Part shown: one piece after another, positions 26,301 through 38,459 of the stretch
How the letters are laid out: each line of letters begins with the position of its first letter
How positions within the stretch are numbered: the first letter of the stretch is position 1
NCBI GenBank assembly: GCA_032718475.1
Contig: JAUCBJ010000607.1
Span: 158 to 64,157, forward strand
DNA length: 64,000 nt
Origin: Nemertoderma westbladi
Lineage: Eukaryota > Animalia > Xenacoelomorpha
Reading direction: 5' to 3'
Program-made: the position numbers and the translations under genes
Notes under the pieces: model-generated
Database searches by the model: none
What the model saw: only the letters and a program-made list of their open reading frames with translations
What the model was told of the DNA's origin: nothing

Positions 26301-27024
26301 GAACAGGAGTCATTCACTATTGAGTTAATAGTTCAGTGTAAGTAACAATAAACTACTGTAAGTATTACCCTCCATCGCTGTTAGTAGAACAGGAGTCATT
26401 CACTATTGAGTTAATAGTTCAGTGTAAGTAACAATAAACTACTGTAAATATTACCCTAATGTATTATAAGTCCATGTCGACTCTTCCACACAATATTTTG
26501 ACAATTTTAATTTTTTTATTTAATTTTCAATTTTCATTGAGGGTATTTTCGTAAGTTACCCAAACCCCGTCTCGTTTTGTTAAAACTTAATGTTTTGTGA
26601 AACTTTATGCGACGGTGATCTGAACTAAACAACTCTGACCATCTACATGGATTCAATACATTGTTCGCATGTTGTTCCATGTTGAAAATAAACAAATGAA
26701 CTTCCAGTCATTAATTATAATATTTTAATTATGAATCATATTAATGATATAACGTACATCAATACGACCAGTAACGCAGTAACTGTTCCAGAATCTATAA
26801 TAATAAGGTAATTGTTGTGGGGCGAGTGACGCGGTGAATCAAATATACAATGTATTATATTATCATATTGTCCCATTTACATTGTATATTCCAGAATCTG
26901 GCTACTTTAAGATTTTGCTGCTTGATTGCAACATGATCAATGTCTAGATAAAATATCGAAGCTCGCAATGTTATAATTTACCATTTCCTTATTCAGTCGT
27001 GTTTGGCCTATTGATAACTTCGGA

Positions 27025-27452
27025 TTGACCGGATTAGCACTGATGGCAATCCATTCAGAAAAAGTTGTTGATGTTAGTTCGGTGATTGAGAAATTCTCAG
27101 TGAAGAATCGCAGAATAATGCTTGTTTAACTCAGTGACACATGTCATTCATTCTGTTATTATTGATATAATAATATAATATATGAGACAATATAATAATA
27201 TATAATTCATTTATTAACATATTTTTTTGTTCAGGAATAATGTTATACTTTCGTTTGTTTAATTATTTCAGATTTTTCCAACCCCAGTTTGGCCCAAAAA
27301 TAAATACTATATTACCGGTATATACTTTCGGTTGGAAGTTCATTTGTTTGTAAAGGCGTCCTTCAGTTCGTTTAACCCATTTTTTATATTCAGTTTAATT
27401 TTCAATGGTTTACTAAAATTTTCGCCTGTCACCAATGATTGAAATGGCCAAG

Positions 27453-27484
<32 letters not shown>

Positions 27485-27501
27485 TCCCGGATCCGCCACT
27501 G
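27025..27501 (+). mobile_element. hAT-type DNA transposon 3' remnant (transposase C-terminus + right TIR)
   Basis: LTGLALMAIHSEKVVDVSSVIEKFSVKNRRIMLV* (27025-27129) resembles the hAT dimerization-domain C-terminus. The terminal ggatccgccactg at 27489-27501 matches CAGTGGCGGATCC-type hAT ends. The left end was not found. Confidence 0.65.
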
Positions 27502-27614
27502 CCTTCCCGTCTCTGATTCCAAGGTTCCACCTTGGTGTCATTGTTTGGTTGCATTGAATTCACATTTCCCACATAATAAATATAATTACAATACAAACAC
27601 ATTTTTTTCTTTAG

Positions 27615-28241
27615 ACAAACCATATTGGATTCACAATGACACAACAGAGCGAACTGTTATAGGAGTTCTTGGGAAGGAGGTTAACCTAACATGTACAATG
27701 GAAAGTTATCCAGCTGTTATTGAATCGAGTGTCTATTGGCTTAGTGGAGTTGACGTAAATAAGAAGCTGCCCGATGGTGATAAATACAGAACATCAGTTG
27801 TAGTGGAGAACTCTGAGTATAAAAGTACAGCTGTTTTAAGGCTAACTATATATAATGTAACGAGAGATGATCTTAATCCAACCTACTTTGGGATGGTTGG
27901 AAATGGTATCCCTAGCAGTAATACTGAGGTTGAATGTGACATTAAGTTGGAACCTATAGGACCTCCACATATACCGACTGGAGTTAAAGTAGAAGCAGTT
28001 GATAATTCCAGAGTTATAGTTAGTTGGACACCAGGATTCAATGGTGGATCTAATCAATGGTTTAGAGTTGAGTACAACAACAGTAACGTAAATATTGATT
28101 CTAAAACAACAGGAAATACAACTGATTCAACCATAATCATCTACGAATTACCCAATGAACGTCATTATTTCTCTGTGGTGGCCTGTAATAAGATCGGTTG
28201 TCAGGATCCAACTCCTGTAATAGAAGGTGAACCAGCATCAG
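27615..28241 (+). CDS. IgSF receptor exon C, copy C1 (Ig-like + fibronectin type III)
   Basis: Acceptor tttctttag|ac, donor tcag|gtatgt; 627 nt, phase 1-1. Ig GKEVNLTCTMESYP...LTIYNVTRDD; FN3 GPPHIP...VSWTPGFNGGSNQWFRVEY...FSVVACNKIG, similar to nephrin/sidestep-type FN3. Confidence 0.87.
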
Positions 28242-29713
28242 GTATGTTAACTTTTATACAATCTTGGGTTGAATAAAGTATATATTTTTTTTTTACATAA
28301 TAATAAAAAACATACATTATTTTATTTGCTTGATATTGGTCTATCAAAAATGTACTTTTTTCAACTCTAAATTATATTCAAGAGACCGGATCATGCTGAA
28401 CATGGTTGCTTAAATTATTATTATTATTAATTTTAATCCAGATAATGTACGTAAGACAATGTGTATTTTTATTTTCTATATTTCATATTTCCTTTCCGTA
28501 TCTACGTAGCTACATTCGTTTGATCTTATTTCTTTGGAATAGTCTACCCAGAGAAATTATAATTGTTAAATCTAAACACATTTTTAAAAATCTTTTAAAA
28601 TCCTACCTTACCGACAATATGATCTAAATCTTCCAAATTAAAAAAAGTAATGTTTAACAAAAATATCAGTGAAAATATCAGCCTCGTAGTTTACGCACAG
28701 GAAGTATGGAATCTAAAATTAAAAATAAAATGATAAACCCTGAGTATTTGATACTGATTATCTAATATTTTATATTTGTAACCCTCTTCCCCACCCCCCC
28801 CCCCCCCCCCCCAAAGTTAGGATGGTGGCCGAGACTAGCTATGCTATTGCCGCCAACCAAAAAACCTGCCCGTACCCAATATCGTTACATATTAATATTT
28901 GCTATTTGAATTATGTATATTTGGTGTGCGGTTAACTTATTGTACTAAAGCAAAGCGAGTAATATACAACTTGATTATTGATTATTATTATTGATCGTAT
29001 GCACGAGTAATAATAATAATAATATAGTAAAATAATACACAATACATATTATCCATATTCTAACTACGTTCTAAAATTAACCTTAGTGTATATTATAATG
29101 AATTATAAAGTATAATATAATAAAATAGTCTCACAGAGGTGCAATACTATGTAAAATACCTACCTGGGGTAACATACCTGGTGTAATACCTACTACTATA
29201 TTTTTTTATAACATCAATATAATTTTCTGACCCTGAGGGCCCGGGGGGCCCAGATCGTCAAGGGGGCCCGGGAATTTTCCCGAATAGATGTATGGCCACT
29301 ACGCCACTGCTTATTAGTCACTAGTAGTGCCTGCCTTGCCTATGTCCTATAAATGTAATTACGACGAGACGAATCGACGAGACTAGCAGTTGAAACTGGT
29401 AGATGGAGGAAAATCCCGGCCGACTCAAGAGTATGTAAATGTGGGAGGAGTATCCAAACCATGCTACATATTATAACTCAATGCCCACTGGTTACCAGAT
29501 ACCCAGAACTGCAATATTCATCAGTACGATCGTTCGCTGAGTCTCTGAATAGAGAATTATTAATGCGGGCGGTATTCGAGATATTGCAAATATTGGACGT
29601 CCGGGAATAGAATTTGTTTATTCTAATATTGTTACTTTATTTTGATTATTCTGATTCGAGTATATTGAATTATTATCGATTTTATCAAATTTTCCTGGAA
29701 TATGTAATAATTT

Positions 29714-30095
29714 GTAAGTGCTATTATGTAATGAATAATTTGGAAGTGCTGTGCTATTATGTAATGAATAATTTGGAAGTGCTGTGCTATTATGTAATGA
29801 ATAATTTGGAAGTGCTGTGCTATTATGTAATGAATAATTTGGAAGTGCTGTTATGTAATGAATAATTTGGAAGTGCTGTGCTATTATGTAATGAATAAAT
29901 TGGAAGTGCTGCGCTATTATGTAATGAATAATTTGGAAGTGCTGTGCTATTATGTAATGAATAATTTGGAAGTGCTGTGCTATTATGTAATGAATAATTT
30001 GGAAGTGCTGTTATGTAATGAATAATTTGGAAGTGCTGTTATGTAATGGATAATTTGTAAGTGCTATTACGTAATGAATTTGTAAGTGCTATTAT
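29714..30095. repeat. 33-bp minisatellite (gtgctattatgtaatgaataatttggaagtgct)
   Basis: About 11 visible copies, some with deletions. Confidence 0.92.
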
Positions 30096-30813
30096 TGTGA
30101 ATGTTTGTAAATTTGTCGTTATTTTAATATTTGATGAGTATAGTTTCAAACGTGTAAGAATTTAATTAAGTAGTAGTTCGAGTGTATACAGTATCGTGCA
30201 GTCAAATTTAGTTGGACAAATATTTCTCTTTTCTTTGGTTATTTAATTTGTGGTCTGTTACGCGTTAAATTCCGAATCATTTGTCAATAAAATTATTATA
30301 TTATTATTACACGTAGCCAAGTAGTGATGAGTTGATTGTAATTAGTATTAATGTAATTAGTGTAAGTATTTGATTCCAATTATTGTACACTCCAATTCCT
30401 GATGCTGCCTTACTCAATGTTAAATAATTTAGTGTTCTAGAATATTTATTACGTAACTAGAGAGCCGCTTAACAACATAAACCAATATTGAATATTGCGT
30501 TCCGTTTTAGGGTTCGTCTTGCAGACACTAAAGCCGCAATAGCTTTTCAGTGTCTGCATGGATTTTGCTCAAATTACTTGCAAACCTTTTCTACTTTGAT
30601 GCTCTTTAATATAGAAAATTAACAATAATTAACCACCATTGCACCAAAAATATATTATTTTATTTTACTTCGCCGGTAAAAAGTAAAATCAATGCAATCA
30701 TATGGCTTTCTTTTTTCCCTATGGAAAAAAGTAGTAATTTTTTTCTCGATTTTGGGTACATTCGAGCGAAAAAGTAACAATTCAAGAATAAAATTGTTTT
30801 TCTATTTTCTTAG

Positions 30814-31443
30814 ACAAACCCATTTGGATTCACAAAGACACAGAGCGAACTGTTATAGGAGATGTTGGGAATGTCGTTACTCTAACATGTACAATGGAAA
30901 GTTATTCAGCTGTTAGTGAATCGAGTGTTTATTGGGTTAGTGAAGTTGACGTAAATAAGAAGCTGCCCGATGGTGATAAATATAGAACATCAGCTGAAGT
31001 GGAGAACTCTGAGTATAAAAGTACAGCTGTTTTAAGGCTAACTATATATAATGTAACGAGAGATGATCTTAATTTAACCTACTTTGGGAGGGTTGGAAAT
31101 GGTATCCCTAGCAGTAATACTGAGGTTGAATGTGTCGTTAAGTTGGAACCTATAGGACCTCCACATATGCCGACTGGAGTTAAAGTAGAAGCAGTTGATA
31201 ATTCCAGAGTTATAGTTAGTTGGACTCCAGGATTCAATGGTGGATCTAATCAATGGTTTAGAGTTGAGTATAACAAGAGTAACGGAAATATTGTTACTAT
31301 AACAACAGGAAATACAACTGATTCAACCATAATCATCTACGAATTACCCAATGAACGGCATTACTTCTCGGTGGTGGCCTGTAATAAGTTCGGTTGCCGC
31401 GATCCAACTATTCCAGTTGTTGGAGAACCATTTCGTTTATATG
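30814..31443 (+). CDS. IgSF receptor exon C, copy C2 (Ig-like + FN3)
   Basis: Acceptor ttttcttag|ac, donor tatg|gtgaga; 630 nt, phase 1-1, open (KPIWIHKDTERTVIGDVGNVVTLTCTMESY...); close paralog of C1. Confidence 0.85.
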
Positions 31444-31599
31444 GTGAGAAAATTTTTTTTATTAATTTATATACACTATAGAACAACTGCATTGTATTAA
31501 TTTAGAGTCAGAATTTTAATTTCTGCCTTCTAAAGTTTGTGTATTCGTGTTGATATATATCTGACTGAATCGATTGAGCACTGCAACCTAAATAAGCCT

Positions 31600-32000
31600 A
31601 TGTTTGATTCTTGTACTTTGAGAGAGATCTCAAAAAAGTTATCAACTGTCCACCATGCTTATTCTCTTCAAAATGCAGAGATAACGCAAAGGCATGTTCT
31701 CCACCGGATGGTTATCAAGGCAAAAGCAATGTCCTGTAAAGCGGAGGCGGTTCTATATTAGTTTCAAGTTTGGTGGACTATTGAGACACCGTCGATGCTG
31801 TATGGGGCTGGCTGGATATTTGTCCATTGTACTTGACTCAATGAACGCGGCTTAGCATTATTTTATAAGTCCAGATATTTAATGACCTTTAGAGTCCATT
31901 TGGCCATTCATTTAGGACTACTGGTTCTACTGCTTCTCTAAATAATCGATCCTTGAGTTTTATATTTAATCTATGGGAAATCCTGGACATTGACTGGACA
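31600..32000 (-). mobile_element. Degenerate LINE 3' fragment, same family as 52249-54447
   Basis: Shares nucleotide blocks (aaagcaatgtcctg.aaagcggaggcg; ctactgct.ctctaaataatcg) and the peptide KLKDRLFREAVEPVV with the copy near 52500-52770. Confidence 0.7.
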
Positions 32001-32244
32001 GCCCACACAATGCTGCCTAGTTCATGCATTCCCCTTAGGTAGGTCCTATCCGTAGGAATTCCGGATCCACGATCCTTTACATCAGATGACACCCAAATAC
32101 TCAAGAACACCATCCTAGCAGGTTATGCTCAAACGATCAGAAGGTCGCATTGTTTTTATATCTAATATTATATTTATATCTATTTTATGTCTATTATTGT
32201 TTTTTATGGGTTGCTCCTTTAGAGCCTGGATTAAATAAGGTAAA

Positions 32245-34280
32245 TGTTAAACAGGGGCGATCAGGAGCGCGTTATTACTGCCGCACTGCTGCTAAACACA
32301 AAACTGCTACTCACCGCTGGATGGCGCTAACCTGGCCGTCCGCTAATATATTTTACTAATTTTATACGGCTCCTGCAAATCGCTTGTTCCTTTCCTGTTG
32401 ATCGCTCAACAGAGAGCTAACTGTTCGAATCTATGAGCCACGCGGGAATAACCAAAACAATAAACCCCAATCGGCTCCCTAAGCTACTTAAAACGAGTGC
32501 GGGTGACCTAGCACTCGGAGTTCACTTATCGCAAATACTGGAATTCACTGGCAGAACACATTGAATGTGAGAATGTTTTAATATTAAGGGGGATAGATCT
32601 GTTACTTTCCTAGGTGCTGAAACTTGGCCTTTGGCTGGTTTTAGACCAGCAAACTTACTACTGCTGTACTGTATACTGGACACTGCTCTCAGTCCGTTGC
32701 CCCGCTATTTTCAAATAACCGCCTAGCATGAATAGTCTACAGTATTCTAAAACAATTACTTAAACTACTCTCCGCTATGCTGCGTACAAATTCTTATTTT
32801 ATTTTATCGCTAAATTAATTACAGTCATAAATACAAATTCGCGTACTAATTACTAGATATTCCAGAATACGTACTTCTAATTTATTACGTACAGGGGCTT
32901 ATACTAGCAACAGTCTAAATGCGGTATTAATTTGTCCTAATTAAAAAAGTAAAAAAATTAACAATTAATAATTAATAATTAGCAATTAATAAGCATAAAC
33001 TAAGAAATGGAAATCAATCAAGGGAAACAGCGCCTATCTAAGCATTCACATTTAAGAATCAGGCACTCTTTAGCAACACAACACAAATAGCGTAGCACTA
33101 AGTTAGTAGTACGGCAGTACGGCAGATAGCGCTAACTACACCAATCAGCTAGTGCACTAAATACCCGTACATTAGTACATCAGTATACCAGTATTAGTCA
33201 TCCAATCAATCAGTCAGTCAGTCAGTGTAAGAACCACAGGTCACCCAAAGCCATACATGGGACTCCTAACTAAACCCAAATTCTGCCCCCCTAAAACTAC
33301 AAAGTAGAGACGGAAATCTGGATCGTCAGCCCCCTAATACTGTAACAGCGGCTGGTCCCCGGTCCTCAACTGACTAGCTCCGACCGCAACGGTGGCCCCC
33401 GCCAGCGTCGCCCCGCTTTGGATCCTCTGCACTCCCTTCCGTCGCTTCCCCCCAGTGCGCCCGCATACCGGTACCTTAGCCCTCCATTAGAATGAATAGC
33501 TACCGTAGCGGCGCATGCAATCACAAACAGTCTGACGGTCTAAAGAAATCCCGTGGGATTATCACATCTTAAATCACATAGGAATTAATAATCAAAAGTA
33601 GAAATCATAATTCAAAGTTGTAATTTTCAGTAATTGATTGAGAAATACAGAAAGATAGGCGAAAGATTAACAATTAACAGAAACCAGAAACAAACTACAA
33701 TACTGCCACTGGTACTGCTGTAACAACTGAGATATTAAGAGAACTAGATAACTAGAGATTAAGATGCACATACCGGAAATACAGCTCATTGGTTCCCCAA
33801 TCCGCCCCACCATCAGACCAACCTGGAACAGCTGGGCCAATAAGGAAGCCGGATTGTGAACTTCAGGGCTTCCAAATCGCAAATTATTACCATATATGGT
33901 AATGGATCATGTCCCTGGCTGCTGAATGGTTAGGATTGCGTCCCTGGATGCTGGCCCTATCGAAGCTAATAACGGCAAGCCCATATCCAGGGTCCAACAA
34001 GAACTTGCTACCCACCCTGGAACTATCTACTTATATCCTATTACAAAATTACGTAGGTAGGGCTACATACTATACAAAATGGATGAGTTCAAAATATATG
34101 GGCGTTTCAGTTTCCTTATCTAAATATCACCTCGCTATTATATCTTATCTAAAATATTATACTGCATAACGGACCAATATTGCGTACAGTATAACGGACT
34201 AATATATTATACTGCATAATGAACCAAAATATTATACTGTATAATGGCTAATAATGTGTACAGCGCCATATACCGTAACA
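32245..34280 (-). repeat. BEL/Pao 3' LTR (2036 bp)
   Basis: Near-identical to 48268-50302 apart from scattered SNPs, small indels and two ~40-bp indels. Confidence 0.95.
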
Positions 34281-34769
34281 CCGCTCCAAGGGAAACCATA
34301 CAATGTTTCCCTCCAACTGTAGAAGAGTATAAGGTGATGTATACAAACAAAATAAATTTCTTTCAAATAATCTAAAATACTTGATACTATAAATTCTACT
34401 ATTTACAAATATTGCCATAGATATTGCATAATGAATTGCATACAAATTAAATTTACCAAATATTATCTCTCACTGTTTAACGATAATTACATCAAATTAA
34501 ATTTACAAAATATTGTTTCTCGTTCGTACTACATAATGATTACTACATACAAGATCAAATATAAAAATTTTGCTAGGGTAGGTGAAAGGAGTAAGCCAAA
34601 CCCGCAGGTTTGTCTCCCCAATCACCTCCTTCGCCTCTCTTATAATATAAATTCAAAACAGCGCAACTAGTGTATATGAGTCTAGTCGAATATTTCTAAA
34701 TGCTACAATATACATCAGAGCGACGATGATGTATATATCTAGAGTCTGTCGCCCTGTGCTATAAGTGCA

Positions 34770-37700
34770 TTACTGACCCGCTCCTGGGTTCTTTGGGCTC
34801 GCTCCTCTCTTTCGCCCTCTTCCCAGATACACTAAGCGTCCTCTAGTAGATTCTGTTGACGGCGTCTGTGAGGCATCACTCCCCGGAACCGGCGACGATG
34901 TTCCCTGAGCCCCGACAGATTCCCGGCTGGTACTTCTACCTCGGCCTCGTCCCAATCGAGCTCTTGTGGTCGCTTCCGCCAATTCTTCCTTCTGCAGTTG
35001 CACTCTGGCCTTCTCCGACGCTCCCTGCGCCTTGCGCTGCAACCGTTGTGCTTCTATAATAGAGTGGTAGTGGTCGTCCTTGACTTGACGCTTGTCTTGG
35101 ACCTCTCCTCCTGGTTCTTTCCGCGAGCCTTGAGCTCCAGCGGTCGACGTTGTGGTCGCTGCGATTCTCTGTTCCTGTATCCTCTCAGCGGTCAATGACC
35201 CCACTGGTACATGAGTCAACAAGAATTCGTTGCGGTATTGTATAGCCGCCATCCTCCAATCCCCTCGTGCGCGTACCACCTTTCTAGTTTCCGAAAACAG
35301 ACCTTTCGTGATCCGGTCGCAAATAGCAACGAAGTTCCAAGTATACTTGTTGTCCATATTCAACTGTCTGAAGTATTCTCGAACTACGATAACTCCAGTG
35401 TTTTGTGGAAGGTCTTGAGCGGTCAAGATGAGCTCCTGATATTGTGGCAAAGACTGTAAATACGGCTCATACGCAACGTGAGATGGGTCTACTGCCCAGA
35501 ATCCGTATCCCGCCTTGAATGGTAACCAACGCATCTGCGCTTGGATGTGGTAGTCGGCCACACCCTCCCACTTATCTAGCATCTCCCGAAGTAGGTTAGT
35601 GCTGTGGTTTTGGAAGGAATCATCTCGCAACTGACATCTCGCACTGCGATGTCCCTTTACCCCACAGTATCCGCATTGAGAAATGAAGACGGTGCACGTG
35701 TGAAACGAATGGTCGGTCTCATTACACCAACGGCAGACCTTATGCGCCGCTTCTACTACCGCATCGCACGATTTGTGCCTTGTGCTGCCGCACAACTTAC
35801 ACCTACATGCTTGTGGAAACCAGGCCCTCTCGTATATGAGGTCTCCAATCGGTTTCGCACTTCCTTCTTTCCCAATGTCTAATACGATGTCGTCCTCTCC
35901 GGTCAGCGGTTGTCGATCCGGAACAAAGTAAACATCCTCGCCCTTGTCCTCTATCTCCAATATTTCCTCCCGCGTTCGTTTCGGATATGTCTTCTCCATC
36001 GGAAGATCTACTCCGAACACCTCTACTAACGTCTCCGGCCAACCCTCCTTAACGGGTCTATCAGCCTCCGAGTGGAAGGGAGTACCAAACCCGCGGGTTT
36101 GATTCCCGAACCACTTCTCCAAGGCCTCTGGCGTCGGATACTCCATCGACGGTCGGTCTTCCAAATCTCCGATGTTCTGTCGATATACTCCTTCAAATAT
36201 CGCTAATCCTCTCCTAACCACCGACGTATTCTCTAACGATTGATTGAAGAACGGGGTTAAGAAACGCTTCATCACGTCGGATTGGATTCCCCCTTTCGAG
36301 CGAACGTATTGATCTCCTCCAAATACCAATGGATGACGCTTCAAAACTCGCGCAACAATATCCGCTAATAAACAAGTCACCGTGTTCGACTCAAGCACCA
36401 AATAATATTGTAGCGACGCACGGGGTCGGGTGGCGCGCAAATGTTCCAATACACTAACGCTTGCCGCTTGAAGTGGGATTTAAATTTTGTGTTGTATTTG
36501 CCATACGCCTCCTCGTATTTCTTCTGCGTCTTTAACTTAAAGTCCCAATTATACAACAAATGTGCTATAAAGCCCATACCAGTCTTGGCAGAGTTGGGAT
36601 ACTCCCTATAAATTCCAATATCCTGTGCCCATAGCAACAATAGCTTGGTGTCGACAAACGGTCTCGGCAATCTATCTTTCAAGTCAGTCATGGCGTTGAA
36701 GTCACTCTCCAAATCGCTCTGGACTCCTGATCCCACCTTGACGTAATCTTGGTTGAGAATAGCCTCTCTAACCTTCTTGGGTAGCATCCTGGCGTCGATA
36801 CGCTCCGCTCCGTGCATACCTCCTCGCCTGCATACCTCCAAAATCTGTTCCCTAGGATCCTTCCCTTTCCGATATTGTGTCGTTATGATGGGCTCCGGTC
36901 TCTCTCTATCCGCCCTCACGCGCATAAACACATGAGTCACACCATCGGCTGCGTGAATTTGAATGCACTTGCTAGTCAAACATTCTCGATGGGACCCTCC
37001 TTCATTGTCATAGAACATCACCCTCCAATCTTGCAGTGATTCCTCCGTTTTCCTCCACTGACGCTGAATCTCGTCTGATGGGGTCCACATGCGCTCGATA
37101 GCCTTGTGGTCACCATATCGGGTGTAAGAACCCTTCCTCCTCAGCCACGTCTGGTCTACCTCCTCGTCGTCTGGGAATGTAGCCACCGCAACCCATACTT
37201 TGATGTACTTATCCAACCATCCAAACAATTTGCTCTCCTTCCCCGGAGCTCCAATCTTGTCCAATGTGTCATAATCTGTGATCTGCATTGGGACATCACG
37301 CAAGAACTTCGCGCATAAAACTTCCCGTAGACAGTCAACGTTCCAATGATCCGCCATTCTTACCATCGGCAAGAATCTTATCGCTTCTCGCAACTCCGGA
37401 TGATCTACTAATATCGCAGGTTCGTTGCCGTCGGAATAATACACCGGTCGGTTGAGATACGGCCTGTGGAACAAATCCGGTCACTCTCCTAGTCTCCTCT
37501 TGATGTCTATCCGCGGTCTTATTATACTCCGCTATCCGTTTCTCGAATAACTCTTTCGCCTTCGCCGCTCGCTCCTCCTGCCGCAACGCGTCTATGTCGT
37601 CCTGATGCTCAGGAGTGAGGGTTCTCGCTCGGTGAGGTGAAGTAAACGCAGTCCAGGGACTCGAGAGCTCCAAACCCGCGGGTTTGGTACCCGAGTCCCG

Positions 37701-38459
37701 TGCCGCTTCGCGCCGCGCCTCTAGATCCCTATAGGCTCGGTACAGCGAAATGGCCGCTGCTGTCTCTATCAAACTGGATGTCGAACAGGGTTTAATCTCC
37801 GTATACGGATCTAATGTCGTAACGGTCGGCGTAATGGGTCTCGGAGGTCGCTTTCCGCTAAAGTCGATACTGATCATCGGGTTGCTCATCAGGTAACCTC
37901 CCTCGTTGTATCTAAGGAACTGGTGAGCTTGACATCGCGTTAATATCGGTTCTGGATGTTGCTCGTCTAGTTGGTCAGGAATCGCCACGTCTTGTTTGTT
38001 CATGCATTCACCACACTTGTAAAATAACTTGTACACGCTGAAGATTTTCGGCGTCTCCTGATCCTCGCCTCGAGTCCTCCGGTACAAATGCATTCCGTCG
38101 AACTGATCGCGGACTGCAGGTAGAGGTTCTTCGTATCGTAAATACATATTCATGTGGTACAGCCGCGCGATCTCCTCATCCGGGTCTGCGCTGATGTCGC
38201 ACACGTCTAAACCGAAGTCGTAGGGATACCGAGTGCGATACTCTTTCCGCAAAACTTCCATACGGTCCCCCAACGCTCTCATTCTTTCCCTCCGTAATTC
38301 CTTATCATACGTGGGTTTATATTTCCCATTTAGCTCCATCACCGACCTCCCATGGTAGTAAACGTTTGAATCTTTACATCCTGGTCGCGCGAATGGTAAC
38401 TCCGCCTCCTCTCTGGCAGTAAATCCTCTGCGCGGTTGGGCTCTAATATCCTTCTCCAT
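34770..38459 (-). CDS. BEL/Pao accessory ORF (about 1230 aa if joined; present as three overlapping frames): DEDDy/WRN-like 3'-5' exonuclease fold + three CCHC zinc knuckles
   Basis: The 384, 365 and 559 aa ORFs overlap head to tail (+1, then -1). Motifs: MFYDNEG, CIQIH, LPKKVREAILNQDYVKVGSGVQSDL, FVDTKLL, GMGFIAHLL, LQYYLVLES. Knuckles: CKLCGSTRHKSC, CRWCNETDHSFHTC, CGYCGVKGHRSARC. Confidence 0.7.

Larger units (their letters stand above)
11554..26457 (+). repeat. 86-bp satellite array (roughly 110 copies), interrupted by an LTR retrotransposon at 12354-17627
   Basis: Same unit as at 5198-5706; period confirmed (5 units = 430 bp, 23641 to 24071). About 9.6 kb of repeat remains after removing the insertion. 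Confidence 0.97.

Noticed and set aside
11554-26457. CRISPR-like array
   Set aside because: Units are contiguous near-identical repeats with no unique spacers, there are no cas genes, and the context is eukaryotic.
33909-34169. Small + strand ORFs within the BEL LTRs (also 49952-50191)
   Set aside because: The frames differ between the two LTR copies and have no recognisable motifs.
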